Shown piece by piece: positions 1 through 14,051 of a stretch of 63,918 nucleotides of DNA. How positions within the stretch are numbered: position 1 is the first letter of the stretch; each line of letters opens with the position of its first letter. The notes below the pieces were generated by a model, which made no database searches, was not told the DNA's origin, and saw nothing but the letters and a program-made list of their open reading frames with translations. The stretch comes from Octopus bimaculoides (lineage: Eukaryota), in the NCBI RefSeq assembly GCF_001194135.2, contig NC_068991.1, forward strand, positions 6,392,616 through 6,456,533, written 5' to 3'. A program made the position numbers and the translations under genes.

Positions 1-23
1 ATATATATATATTATATATATAT

Positions 24-66
<43 letters not shown>

Positions 67-1103
67 TGTGTGTTATTCAATTTTCCCTTTAATATAGAAG
101 CGGACTACTTCTGTATTTTCTTAATTCACATTAAATATTTAGACATTTGAAATAAATAGTTCTGTATGTCTTGTCAAATATAGATAAGTATGCAGAAAAG
201 AAAACAGTATTTATTGACCAAAATAAAAATAAAAAATAAAATCAAACTGGGCCGGCAGGTGTTCACAATAATATCCACTTCATTTAATATCAAGAAATAT
301 TTCTTTTTTCCAGTTATAGTTGTCTAGAAAATAATTTTTAAAATATATAAAAATTATGGATGTCATTATTGTATGCGTAAAGATCTTTATGTAATTGTGT
401 TTTGTTTTTGTTTTTTGTAACCTGAGTTTCCTCATAAATATATCTACACAAGATGGAGAAAAAAAATCTATATTATTTATATACTAGTCCTTTTCCCCAT
501 TTGTCTGCGAGTATTGATCCTTTCAACACACTATTAACTCTGTAAAAGCCGCTTCCTTCCATCATCCATCTTGAAGGATTTTTCCAAACGGGGATAAAAT
601 CTTGTCACAGTCTTCAGTCGATAATGAATTAAAAAAGAAACCTTTCTTTCTAAATTTATTTTCAATACTTTTCCTCATTTTATACTGTGGCACTCATTAC
701 AAACATCATTGTTTACATTGAAATTACGAAGTACTTTTATACAAATTGTTACAAGTGATCTCCGCTTATATTTTGGAAATCCACAACAATTCGGTTCTCT
801 GAAGTTCCGGCAGAATATAATAGTTGTGTGCGTGTGTAGTTTATTTATTATGTATTGTGAAACATAAGATCCACAAATACTGTTGGTTAGAAATATACTA
901 ATTTATTGAAAATGTTATTTGTTTCTTTATAGCTACTATTGTGTGTGTAGGAGGGGATAGAGAGATAGATGGAAAGATAGATAGGTAGTTAGATAGATAG
1001 ATGGGAGTTTATTTAAAATTGACAAGACTGCCCCGCCACCACCCCTATTGTAGTAAAAGAACGTATTTTGAAGTAACAATGCCGAAATTTTTCTCTTTCT
1101 AGT

Positions 1104-1138
<35 letters not shown>

Positions 1139-1148
1139 NNNNNNNNNN

Positions 1149-1188
<40 letters not shown>

Positions 1189-1199
1189 AAAATATTTAT

Positions 1200-1416
1200 A
1201 TATATATGAGAGAGAGCGCAAAATTTCGGTGTTACTCCGAGTTTCACAGTTCCTGACTTTAAATGATCAGAAGCTGTCGCTACGTCTCGTATTGAGTACT
1301 CGTTCGTACAATTATTTTCGTTCCAAAAACCCACACAAACATATATTTGATGCATCACTCTCCCTCCTTAATATCGATTCGTTTTGACTAGGCAGGAAGA
1401 TTTTGTAATTTTGAAG
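1200..1416 (+). promoter_or_regulatory. CpG-enriched probable promoter or non-coding first exon of the BTBD7 transcription unit
   Basis: About 11 CpGs in roughly 190 bp (1215-1385) against a CpG-depleted background, with a plausible donor TTGAAG|GTATTG after 1416. Confidence 0.4.
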
Positions 1417-3255
1417 GTATTGGAAATTTATAAACATTTATGTCTTTTCCAATAGCGTAAACATCATAAGTTATAGGAAATGTCATTAATATTTATTGAT
1501 TTCACGCTATTGAATAAGATTAAGGCCAAATTTTACAGTAGAGGTGTGCCAGTTGACTTGAATCGATATTAAATATATTACTGGTATTTTATCGAATTTT
1601 TTTTCAAGGACGCTTCAGTTTGGAAGTTGAGAAATTAAATTTAATATTTCGTTTATTGTAGAATTTCTACTATTCACCTCTTAATTGGGAATAATCTTTT
1701 TAATAGGCTTAAGACTAAAGTTTCTTTGGAATTCCCTTATTGATATCGTATTTACGCGTGTGTAAATCCCACAATTTTACATTTGATTTTAACTGAAAAA
1801 AAAACTGAGGAACAAACAAGGGGTAAAGCTGCCATCAAGTTTGAATACGAAAGAAGAAAAAGATTTTATCAAGATTTAACATTAAATTAAGGGTCTGACT
1901 TACATACTTCAGTAAATACGGTACTTATTTCATTGATCCCAAAGAAAAGTGGAATTGACCCTAGCATTTCTTAAAAATCTGAGACCATAAATTATTTCTT
2001 AAGTACAAGGTCAGTTTTTTTTTTAAGGTGGTGGGGGAAGATGAAGTAGAATTGAATGGACATGCACACATCACATTAATTATTGATTTCTGCTAAGTTT
2101 TGAAATCAAACGAAATCTAGAAAGAGAAGGCCAAATGAGGTAAGGCTTTTAGTTTGATATTCTGTAGTTATTTTAGTTCTTACAGCTTGCTCAGCAAACT
2201 GTTTTTTTTCTTTTGTTTTTATTTATTTTTTTGTTAAGACCTTTTTGGCTCCATCTAACTAGATGACAATGAACAGACAAATCTTATTAAAAGTGTGAAA
2301 CAGAAACTTGCATTGATTTGCTATTAGTCATGGAGCAACTGAATTAAATATAACAAATGGGAAGGATATGAAACGTTCCTCTAGCTTATTGGTGCAGTTT
2401 AGATGATCTCCTTCATACTTGTATTAAATTTTTTTTAGAAAAATGGAAACCAAATCTCAATTACTTTCAATTTATTTCTGTAATTATTAATGGCTTTTTT
2501 TCATGTTTCATTTCTGTTGCGTATGAATTTTACACTTCTCAAGACGGAGTTAAGGCAGGGGTTCCTGTTCCTTATCTTAGTGACAGTTCTAACTTGATTA
2601 ACAGTTTAGAAATAGTTGCTTTTGATAATAACTTCTACAGATCTTCCTACCTCTCTCTCTCACCTTATCACTTCTCACAGTAAAAATATTTCCCCAATCT
2701 CTGTGAATAGACTTGCAGTTATCTGAGGTTATATCTTTAAGATTACCAAAAACTAGAACATTTGGCAGAACTGGTAGGGCATAAGATATATATTATAAAT
2801 CTCTTACATTGTTCCTTTGTATTCTGAATTACAATGTGGCTAAAATTGACTTTACCATTCATCTTGTTATTGGTGATATATATACCAGTAATATTCAGTT
2901 GGCTATACATCTTCTGCTACAAAAAAAAAAAAACAACCCCCTACCAAAACAAAAAGCAATTACTTTTGTTCCTAAGTAACCAAACAATGTTACTAAAATT
3001 TACTATGTTATTGTTTGACCTGTCTTGGAGGGTGGAAATTAGAAATACTGACTTGGACTGTGGCAACTCGTCCAATTCGTGCCAACATAGAAAACAAATG
3101 TAAAAGGACAATAACAAAGGTGTGGCTATGTGGTTAAAATGTTTATATCTCAACCCTCTGCTTTTGGGTTCAGCCTCTCTGCACCTATTGTAGCCCTGGC
3201 TGACCAATGCCTTGAAAGTGAACTTGGTAGATGGAAACAGAAGGAAGCCTATTGG

Positions 3256-3289
<34 letters not shown>

Positions 3290-3483
3290 TAGTGTAAGAT
3301 GTGACTGTGTGTGGTAAGGAGATTGCTTCCCAACCACATGGTTCTGAGTTCAGTTTGTATTAAGGCTACCATTGGTTTCATATGAAGAAGAAGTTATCTT
3401 AATATCCTAACAATTTTTCAAGCTGAACACACGGAGGAATGGTGTTCATCTCCATTTTGAGTAAAACCACAGATTCTCATGTG

Positions 3484-3535
<52 letters not shown>

Positions 3536-4608
3536 GTGTGCTGGTGAGGTGGAATGGCAGGCAAAGTGGAGAATTGCCATGTATTTAGTTCTAGTTCCAT
3601 CCTTTTGGGATCATTAAGCCAACTATTTCGTTTGTTTTGGGCTGGTTAATTTAATTAACTCAGCACTTGTCTTACAAATTAGTGTCTAGTTGCTAATGCA
3701 AGAAATCAATTTTATGCACAACAGTAACAAGTAATATTGTTTTTTGTTACTGAAAATATCTGATCTAGAGTAACACAAAGTAATGTAGTTTTTATGCATT
3801 GATCTTTATTACTCGCATTTTTTTTTCCTGTATCCCTGGTGAGATATTTTACACTGTTGAAATTTTAATGTAGACTCGGACATGGCGATGTGGTTGGGAA
3901 GCTCGCTTGGCAAACATGTGGTTTCAGGTTTAGTCCCACTGTGTGGCACCTTAGGCAAGTGTCTTGCACTATAGCCCTGTGCTGGCCATTGCTTTGCAAA
4001 TGAATTTCTTAGATGGAAACTGTGTGGAAGCCCATTGTGTGTATGTGTGTATATACATGCCATTGGTCACTTTGAGTTATTTTCCTTAGCTCATTTTTGC
4101 ATATATGTGTGCGTGTCTTTATTCCCACCACCACTACTGCTTGGCAATCAGTGATGGTTTGTTTACATCTCTGTAACTTAGCAGTCCAGTAAAAGGGATA
4201 GAATAAGTTCCTAACTTTAAAAAAAAGAAAAAAAGTACTTGGGGTGATTTGTTCAACTAAACCCTTCGAGCCAGTGCTCCGGCATGGCCACAGTTCAATG
4301 ACTGAAGCAAGTAAAAATAAAAGACGAACCTTTTGTTACAGATTAGTGAATAAAATTCTATCAAAGGATATGTGTGTGTGTGTTACGTAAAAGTAATTGG
4401 AGATTGTGCTAAATGAAATGCAAGCATAGATAGAAGTTATGAGTTCATTCGGTGCATACTATTCTAGTAATATCAAATCTCAGAAACACAACAGTGTTGC
4501 CCCCACAACTCTTAACAGCTTCACCACAGTAATACTATGTTCCTATAGTGTCCCTAGCAACAATACAAGTTCTATGTAACTCCAATAAATCACATATTAT
4601 AATATATA

Positions 4609-5482
4609 CAAGGTGGTATCAAAAAGTTCCAGAACTAGTTATGTTTAATAAAAAAATTGCTTATTTATCTAAGTTTTAACATCATCTCCTTCGAAATAGT
4701 CCCCTTGCACAACAATACACCAGTCCCAGCGTTCCTGTAGCTTTTGGAAGTTATTTTCCATAAGCGAGTCGAGGACCTTCTGCAATTCGCTCTGGATCTC
4801 GACAATGGTGTTAAAATGGTGACCTTAGCTGTTTTTTCATCTTGGGGAAGAGATGGAAGTCTGCAGGTGCTAAATCTGGCAAACAGGGCAGGTGTGGAAA
4901 CGATACCGTGTTGTTTTTGGCAAGAAAATCATGAGTGCAGAGAGCTCGGTGACAGGGTGGGTGCATTGTCATTGTGAAGAATCCAACTCTTTGCGCTTCA
5001 CAGATCTGGTTGCTTCCACCGAATGTCTTCCCTGAAATGCTTCAAAACATCACAGTAGAATTCTTGATTGATGGTCTGGCCCTGGGGGGATGAATTCTCA
5101 ATGCACAATACCACATTTCTGGAGGTGACGCTTATGGCAGGTGTTCCAGATTGCTCATCGACTTCCAGGGACTGCTCGTGTCACTCAAAACATTGTGTAT
5201 GGCCCATTGCCTCATCACCTTAAGCTTACCAAAGCATGCTCAATGTCTCTGTAGCAGACTTCCTAAATTTCATGGTGGCTCTTTGTTCGTGTCCATGACA
5301 AAATCACAGACTACAGCATACACATGATCACAAATTTCACAACTTGCAAAGTAAACGCAATGATGTCACTCAGCACACTACTTCATGAAGGTCACTGCTA
5401 GCTGTCACTGCACACTGAACTGTGTGCTGCCATCTGTTGGCATGCTACAAAACTAGTCCAGTAACTTTTTGATACCACCTTT
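4609..5482 (-). mobile_element. Decayed, internally deleted mariner (Tc1/mariner) element
   Basis: TIRs CAAGGTGGTATCAAAAAGTT / AACTTTTTGATACCACCT, with TA on the left. Minus-strand fragments read EQRATMKF..KSATETLSML..GDEAMGHTQCFE and WILHNDNAP..FLAKNN..PDLAPADFHLFPKMK..RWDWCIVVQGDYFEGD, with stops and frameshifts. Confidence 0.92.
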
Positions 5483-8400
5483 TCTATTAATGTGGATAAC
5501 TGTTTTAATTATAGAAGAGGTGCAGAAGTTTGCTTTCCAACCACATGATTATGGATTTAGTTTCACTGTGTGGCACCTTGGGCGAATGTCTTCTTTGCCC
5601 TGGGCCAACTGAAGCATTGTGTGTGAATTTGGGAGATGGACTTTGCAAAAAGACTTCTGTGTGTGTGTGTGTGTATTTATATGTGTGTTTGTGTGTGTGT
5701 CTCTTTATCTTGACATTGTGTCCTAGTAGCAAATGTCATACAAGCAGTGTTAATTGTTTTTCCTATTTTGTGTGAGCATGTCTGGCCATAGGTAAATACT
5801 ACCTGTCTTGACAACAGTAAAGGTTGGCAATGGGAAAGGCACCTGGACATAGAAAATCTGCTTCAGTAATTTCCATCAAAGCCATGCAATCATGCAAAAG
5901 TGGACATTAAAATAATGCCGAAACCTACTAAACAGTATTTTTTTTTGTTTAAAGCACTAATTGTTTTAATACAATATTTGTGCCATCACCAAACTTTGTC
6001 CTCAGTATCATTATGTTTTTCTGTTATTCATTATTAAAGTAGTAACTCGGATCTTATAGATATTATTCATGAGAAAGTATATTTGATATGGACAATCTAC
6101 TGATCTATTAAAAAGAGAGTTGATTTGACTTGTATTCATGAGCTTGGTAGCTTTCATATCAGAATCCATTAGCTTGCTTGAACCTTCGTGCTGTTTCAAA
6201 TAATCAATCGGAAAGGTGGAAACACACATGAGTAAAGTTTGTGAGTCATAAGTGTAATAGAGTCGTGTATGTTATTCTGTTACAGCTATCGTGATCATCA
6301 TCATCATCGTCATCATCGTCATCATCATCATTATTATTTGTTTTTTTACTTCAAAAGCAAATAATGGTTGTTATTAGTGATATGGATGGGTTGAGTGTTT
6401 GTACTGTGTAACATAAAATTTAAATATAGGAACATTATTGATTTTATCTAAATAATAATAATAATGATAATAATAATTTCAAGCCCATTTGTCCATTTCT
6501 GAACCAGTGAGAATACCTCTACTTGATTGGCTGACATGCAAGAAATAGCAGTCTAATTTCCCTCGGATTTCACCCTAACTCCTTGGAAGTGTAAGGTCAG
6601 GTCATCATCATTTGATGTCTGTTTTTCATCCTGGCATGGATTGGGTAGTTTGACTGGAGCTGGCAAGCCAGAGGACTGCACCAAGCTCCATTGTCTGCTT
6701 TGAGGTGGTTTTCATGGCTGGATGTCCTTCCTAATGCTGACCACTTCACCGAGTGTACTGAGTATTTTTTATGTTGCCCCAGCAGCAGTGAGATCATTCC
6801 ATAAGTCACAAGCCAAAAGCCCTCAACTGGGGTGGGGAAGTAGAATTGAAGGAAGTGGTTTTATGCAAGGCAGTAAGAAGTTAAAGTATGATAGAGGGAC
6901 CAGAACAGGTGTATTACTGTAGAGAAGATACATAATTACTGAAGTTGGAAAATAGAAATGAGAAAGTCTGACTAGAGACAGTCATGGTTGGAAGGCTTTT
7001 GATTATATTTATGTTCAGTCATGGCCGACCTGGACCAAACAAAGACTATTCTATTTAATCAACTGAGAAAACATTTACAATTCTTTTGTAATCACTTGGT
7101 AAGGAAATGATCTTCTTAATCTCTTTTGAATTGTGTATTTGTATCTCTTTTGCAGGGGGAAGCTTGTGACTTCCGTATCACTTTGTCAGAGAATCTCTCT
7201 TTTTAGCTTTTACTTGTTTCAGGCTTTGGACTGCAGCCATGCTGGAGCACTACCCTGAAGGGTTTAGTCGAACAAATCAACCCTAGTCCTTTTCTTTTTA
7301 AGTCTGTACTTGTTTTATCGATCTCCAAACTGCTAAGTTATGGGGACATAAACCAACATTGGGTTGGAGTTTACAAACAACACACACACACACTCTCTCT
7401 CTCTCTCTCTCACTCTCTCCCTTTCTCTCTCACTCTCTCCCTTTCTCTCTCACTCTCTCTCTCTCCCTTTCTCTTTCACTCTCTCTCTCCTAATAGGCTT
7501 CCACAAAGTGTCTGTCTATCAAATCCACTCACAAAGCATTAGTCAGTTTGGAGCTATAATAGAAAACACTTGCCCAAGGTGCTGGACTGTGGAGCTGAAC
7601 CCAAAACCACATAGTTGCAAACTGAGCTTCTTGATAGTTGAGTGGAGGGTGGTGGGGGTGAACAAAAAGCTGTTTAGATGTGATTGAATTTAAAGTACAA
7701 AATAAACATTTAATGAATATTTGTGACGCACAAACATTATATATAAGCCATTTAATGGAAGATACCTGTGGATGATGCAAAGTAAAAAAACACAAGAACT
7801 TGATGTTGGGCCACAGGCTAGGGTTGAAAAAAATACACTTTGACCTACTTAAAAGTGAAGTACTCTCATTTCAAACTTAAAGTCGGGATGAGATCAACCA
7901 TTGAGTAGTTTTTATAGCCATATCAAATTTCCAAATCTCCTCCTTACATTCTTTTTCCTCAAAAAGTATAGTAATCTAGCAAAATAACATCAACCAAGCC
8001 TACATACACTTGGTCTGCTTTGAACCACATCTGTGGATGGTCCTTGAATAAAGTTGCATAGACTGCTAACGAGTTGGAAAAAGAAAACTGGATGTAAATG
8101 CAGTTGCTAGTTTTCTATTCAGCAGAAGCATGCATTGGGCAAATTTAAACGAAATATGCTATATAAGAAATATTAAAAAAAAGACATGTAAATGTACTAA
8201 TCTCTGTAGACAGTGTAATTGTCNNNNNNNNNNNNNNNNNNNNNNNNNNNNNNNNNNNNNNNNNNNNNNNNNNNNNNNNNNNNNNNNNNNNNNNNNNNNN
8301 NNNNNNNNNNNNNNNNNNNNNNNNNNNNNNNNNNNNNNNNNNNNNNNNNNNNNNNNNNNNNNNNNNNNNNNNNNNNNNNNNNNNNNNNNNNNNNNNNNNN

Positions 8401-8536
8401 NNNNNNNNNNNNNNNNNNNNNNNNNNNNNNNNNNNNNNNNNNNNNNNNNNNNNNNNNNNNNNNNNNNNNNNNNNNNNNNNNNNNNNNNNNNNNNNNNNNN
8501 NNNNNNNNNNNNNNNNNNNNNNNNNNNNNNNNNNNN

Positions 8537-8581
<45 letters not shown>

Positions 8582-8689
8582 TAAGCACAAACGGAACAAA
8601 CAGAAAACATGAAGAGGATCTGGCATCATTCTGCGTGTGTGTGTGTGTGTGTTTTCCATTTGTTTTGTTTTTGTTTATAGACATTCGAG

Positions 8690-8982
8690 TGAGATCGTTG
8701 CCAGTGCCGCCGAACTGGCTCCTGTGCAGGTGGCACGTAAAATACACCATTTTGAGCATGGCCATTGCCAGTACTGCCTGACTGGCCTTCGTGCTGGTGG
8801 CACGTGAAAGCAACCCCTACACTCTCGGAGTGGTTGGCGTTAGGAAGGGCATCCAGCTGTAGAAATATTGCCAAATCAGATTGGAGCCTGATGCAGCTGC
8901 TGGCTCTCTAGCCCAACCTCAGTCAAACTGTACAACCCATGCTAGCATGGAAAATGGACATTACATGATGATGATGATGATC
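8690..8982 (+). mobile_element. SINE family C with internal tandem units and a (GAT)n tail (representative); others at about 6600(-), 16755, 25300, 27560(-), 37110, 42420, 43715
   Basis: gagtggttggcgttaggaagggcatccagctgtagaaa core, cagtcaaac..caacccatgc.agcatggaaa..gac.ttaaa(tga)n tail. Confidence 0.85.
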
Positions 8983-9546
8983 TCAAGTGATCTGAAAATT
9001 TCCTAGTCACTATTTAGCTTTTTTTTAAAACATATTTAATAGCACATAGCAACCATTTTAATGAAGAATAATGGCATAATTTTTGCAACATTCTTTTTAA
9101 TTATTGAGAGCCATAAACATGCTTTTTGGATACAATAGATTGACTGAATGGGCATTTATCATTGCTAGTCGCTGTTTTTAATAAATTGAATAAATATAAA
9201 TTTCTCTCAAATAAATTGAATTCTTGGAAGAATTAACATACCTCCATTCAAGTAAATTTGTATGCTTTGAATTCACACACAGGTACACACACACTATTAG
9301 TATTGAGGACTTTATAGAAATAATAGAATAATTAAATTTCATAGTGTGGTGTGATAAGAATAAAAGAAATGGTATTATGTGGTTTTAACTATTGATGAGA
9401 TTGTCTTTATGTAATCAACCAGCAGAGAAAAGAATGGTAAAATTTTTATGGTGAATATCTTTACTGGAGATAGAATTAAACTAATACTTTTAAGATAGAA
9501 AAAGTGATAGTTTATTTCTGTTGTGTCTTGAGAGAGTCATGATGCC

Positions 9547-10148
9547 AATAATAATAATAATAATAATCCTTTCTACTACAAGCCTTCGTCGACTTATGAC
9601 TACAATTGGTTCTAACTGACTGGTCGTAAGTCGGCCTATAGGCCTACATAGCTCTGTTTTATATTTTTACATTCTTAAGATACATTCTCAGGTAAAAGTC
9701 ACACCCATCTTTCTGTATTATACTATTATACTGGCGTTAGTCAAAACTTTTGGAGTCTCAAGCAGTTGTCCTATAAACAAATACAAGGTTGCCTCAATGT
9801 CTGTGATAGAACAGTCATCCAACACAGTGGCAAACGATAACAAAACCTAGGGGAAGCGTTTGTTAACTGACATCATCCCTAGATGGGTTAATTTCTAAGA
9901 AATTAAACCTATTAGATTTCAACTGGACTATTTATTTCAATCGGTTATGTCGGATAGGTCGTAAGTCGATGAAGACCTGTATAGGCACAAGGCCTGAAAT
10001 TTGTTTCACTTGTACTTAATTTATTGACCCCCCCGAAAGGATGAAAGACAAAGTCAACCTCGGCTGAATTTGAACTCAGAACATTAGTGATGGGTGAAAT
10101 GCCGCTAAGCATTTTGCTCAGCATGCTAACGATTCTGCCTGTTCGCCT
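9547..10148 (-). mobile_element. SINE family B (head gcgagctggcagaa..ttagca), interrupted by the Tigger-type element
   Basis: Reverse complement of the copies at 17847-18042 and 35695-35925; (AAT)n tail. The core ctttcatcctttcggggtcgataaattaagtacc resembles the Deu/Nin SINE domain. Confidence 0.8.
9579..9979. mobile_element. Tigger/pogo-type non-autonomous element (401 bp) inserted into a SINE tail
   Basis: TIRs CAAGCCTTCGTCGACTTATGAC / GTCGTAAGTCGATGAAGACCTG with TA duplication at 9577-78 and 9980-81. Removing it restores the SINE tail tttctacTAtaggcacaaggcctgaaat. Confidence 0.85.
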
Positions 10149-13100
10149 CTTTGTGCTAGCTCACCAATAATAATAATAACATATGCACAGTTTCAATTCT
10201 ATTTCTTTTTTATTAGTCTGTTGGTTAAATATCTAACTAATCAATTGTTTATTCAACATGTTGGTTAACAGTCAGTTGGTTTGGTTGTTCATCAAAATTC
10301 TTTTGTTGCCATTTGCAACCATTTCAGTAAATCATGATGTCCCAAATACAAACCAAATACAAAAAACATAACATGACAGTTTATCATACATTTTAGAAAC
10401 AAATAAGGTATAGCTGTGTGATTAAGAAGCTCGCTTGCAATCACATTGCCTCTGGTTCAGGCCCATTACACAGCACCTTGGTCAAGTGTCTTTTATTATA
10501 GCACTGGTCTGACTAATGCTTTGTGAGTGAATTAGGTAGACAGAAACTGTATGGAAGCCTGTCGTGTGTGTGTATGTGTCTGTAGTTGTCTCCATCATCA
10601 CCACCTCTTGACAACCAGAGTTGGTTTATTGACATTCTTGTAACTTAACAGTTCGCCAAAAAGACATAGAATAAGAACCAAACTTTAAAAAATAAGTACT
10701 AGGATTGATATGTCCGACTAAACACTTCAAGGCAGTGCTCCAGCATGGCCTCAGCCCATTGGCCAAAACAAATAAAAGATACAAAGAAATAATTCAGTGT
10801 GAGTCGGTCATCTTTTCCTTTGATTGGCTCTATTTCCATGCTAACAGTCAACAGTTTGTGGAGTTATTAGCCATATGAAATTAATCCTGTCAAAAGTTAT
10901 CATTAAACATCATGTTGGGACTTGTAAGTGTTTTTGTTTGAGTGGTTTGATCTCCGAGAATGTGTTTTGCTAAAGGAACATAGCTCTCAAAAGAATGCTT
11001 TGATAATACTAATTTAGAGTGTCAGTGTCCTGAGGCAATTTTCAGTGCAGTTTCTATTAAATGAAAGGTCTTTATTTATAAAACCATATCGTAAAGAAAA
11101 TGGCATAAACCACATTAAGCTATGTTGTATAAGGCAGTTTGAAATAAGAAATTGGTTTTGTCTTTTACAAATTTAATCTGGTTTCCACAGGCTTTTCTCT
11201 GCAACACAAGAAAGATCAAGCAGCTGTTGACAGAAATTTAAAAATAACTGGTAAAAGTAATTTGACTGATAGTAATAAAGATGAAAATGCAGTTGTTTAT
11301 ATAGAATAAGCATATAAAGCCCTTTTTTTGATCATAAGTTATTGCTTGGTCCTTAAATGTTTGTAAAACCCCTTGGTTCTAGTCTTAAGAATCAACACTA
11401 TAACAGTTGTTGTTTGCAAAAAAATCTATTTGGTCGGTCAACCTGTTAGAAATAGCAGCAAAGACTCCCTCAAATCACACCCTATCATCTTTCATGAAGG
11501 AAAGGGTGCGTTAGATAGTGTAGTCCTACCTATATATCCCTAAAATGATGAAGAGGCCACAACTGGTATACTTTTGGTTACTGGTTTGATTGATCAGGGT
11601 TGACCTGAAGCTAAATAAATAGACAACTTGATGATTTGTTTGAAGACATTAATAATGATTCTTTCAATGTTTTATTTTGCAACTTTGAATGGTGTGTGCT
11701 TAACAAGACTCTTTTATGTATAAGATGTTGGATAAAACTAAAAGAAACTATGTTTTAAACTTGAAAAATTTATCAAAAATGCTATAAATTGCTTCTTAAA
11801 TAGAAATGAAACTTGAAATTTCTAGGTAGGATGTTCATGATTTTTGCAAGCATTGAAAATGTAAGAGAAGAAGTGGGGGCTACAAATGGAAATCAAGTAA
11901 TGGACTGTGTTAATTGAGAACTGTATAATAATCACCACCTCTGGCATAGAATAACATTAGTGAAAAGAACGTTAATGTAGAGAAAATAAACATAAGTGGG
12001 ACGGTATATGTAAAATGTACAGTGTAAAGCTTTAGAGCAGGTATATTTGGTCACACACAACTGGTAATATACTGAGAGAGCGTGAGAGAGAAGATGAATA
12101 GTGTAAAATGCAAGCTAATAAAACAGATGGGGAAAACAAACATGACTAGAGGAAACAGGAAAATAATGTAACTGATAGCACTGTATGACAATAAGAAAAT
12201 ATATGAAAGCTGGCTGAAGAAGAAATCTTTATTTTGTATTGATTCTATCTATATAGAGAGTGATTTTCAGATCAAACTATCTTAAGAATCAGGGTTATAA
12301 AATTTAAAAAGTCACTAATCTTTTTTAATACACATTTGCGCTTTGATCAACGCTGAAGCTCAAAAATATCTTTGCCATATGTTTAGTAAGTCAACTAACC
12401 AAACCAAGCAAGTGTATATTTAATTTTGTTGTGTTGATCTAAAGAAGCCCTTTGCCAAGGTTTCTTTTCGTATGCTATATTTTTACAAGAGGTACAAATA
12501 AGGTTTATGGTAAGAAAGTGATGATGAATCAAAAATACATGCATGAACTGACAGCATTGGTTGGGTAGTGCTATGCAGGTGGATGGATGTGGGTTGAGGG
12601 ATGTGAGCGACTTTGATTTGGTGGTAGGAAACAATCGTATCAGATACAAACTAAAGAAGACTCGAGAAGCTTCAGGAGCATAAATTCCATGGGATCAAGA
12701 TATGAGAAAAAAATACTGGATACAAGCCCAATGATGTTGGCAATGATATACGAAAAATATGTGTGACTGTTTCCTCATTTTTTTTGAAAGATAGAGAGTA
12801 ACTTATTTTCAGCTAAATTAGTTCAGTGACTGATGTGGCTTGTCTAGAAGTGCAAAACAGTGATGCAGTGTAGTTTTTAGCTAATAGTGCTTAAAATATG
12901 AAAAACTCTTTCTGTAGGTGCATAAGGTAAGAGGATGGCAGTGTTGGGGTGGGAGGGTGTAGGTTTGTAGGTAATTGCATAATTTCCTCTCTGGCTTATC
13001 GTTGAGCTTGGGAGGAAAAGCAGAGCAGTGATTTTGTGCCCTACAGAGACCAGCAGAAAATGTTTCATCATGGATGTGATAGAGGCATTTGAGAGAACGA

Positions 13101-13236
13101 CCAAAACTGAAAATGAAATCTTCAGTAAATAGTAAAACAATAATCATTGGTTGGTTACATAATATGAGATGGGAAAAAGTATGCTACTGCAAAAGCACCT
13201 TGATATTTCCTGATAGTATTAATGCTACATGGCACT

Positions 13237-13282
<46 letters not shown>

Positions 13283-13630
13283 AATATTACCAGAAGAAAC
13301 TGAAATTCTTAGTTGATGACTGATGAAGGGAGGCCCACACTGCAGGCTATAGAGTCTACAATATGTTGAGCAATAGTTTAATATTTTAATCTTGCATCCA
13401 AGCTATGCAATGTATCTAGGGAAAATATTTTTGGTTATAAAACATTGACTTTTTGTTCCTCTTGTATCAATGTACTTTGATTTCTATATTTTCATGTCTC
13501 AAAAATATCACCACAAGCCCTATAGGGCTTTCCTATAAGTAGGTTATCTCCCTTGGCTAGGCGGCGCTCCATGTGGACAATTAAACTTCCGCAGACTATC
13601 CACGCCATTGTTATTGTTTTACGTCTTATC

Positions 13631-13918
13631 ATGGATATAAAGCAGCTCGATGATTCAGCTATCGAAGTACTTACTGTGCCTGAGTTAAAGAAATATTTGA
13701 GATTATATGGACAGTATGTTACTGGAAGAAAGGCGGACTTGACTGAAAGGTTGGAAGGTATAAAAATTCTGTCGATGAAGAATGTCAACAAAGTAAATTC
13801 ATCAGACGATAAGTCTGAAGTATCAGACGATACTTCAGACAGGAATAAGCAGAAGCTTATATCTCCTCTCGGTGAAGTATTGCCTGATCCCAATCTGCTT
13901 TCAGCAACCATTCACTGA
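13631..13918 (+). CDS. Transposon-borne 95-aa SAP-domain ORF, probably the truncated N-terminus of an ISL2EU-type accessory (SAP/SWIM/YqaJ) protein
   Basis: LTVPELKKYLRLYGQYVTGRKADLTERL fits the SAP consensus (LtvxeLkxxLxxxGLxxxGxKxxLixRL) and is followed by KLISPLGEVLPDPNLL. Uninterrupted from ATG 13631 to TGA 13918. The family link is from recollection. Confidence 0.7.
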   Translation: MDIKQLDDSAIEVLTVPELKKYLRLYGQYVTGRKADLTERLEGIKILSMKNVNKVNSSDDKSEVSDDTSDRNKQKLISPLGEVLPDPNLLSATIH

Positions 13919-14051
13919 TTTGGCCATGAGCATGATGAGGTGTAGAAGAGGTAGGGACAGTCACACTATAAAGTCTAATAATTAGAGGAATATTAGATTC
14001 AATGCTGTAAATTTATTATTTAATCAAAAACACACACACACATATATATAT

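Noticed and set aside
6011-6229. 72-aa minus-strand ORF with a possible acceptor
   Set aside because: No recognisable homology, no convincing donor and no partner exons.
8130-8813. Long ORFs in the track spanning N-runs (also 17495-18056, 32699-33451, 34024-35064, 58233-58811)
   Set aside because: They are open only because N codons and (TA)n/(CA)n runs contain no stops.
13492-13911. 139-aa minus-strand ORF
   Set aside because: It is the antisense shadow of the SAP ORF, with no recognisable domain.
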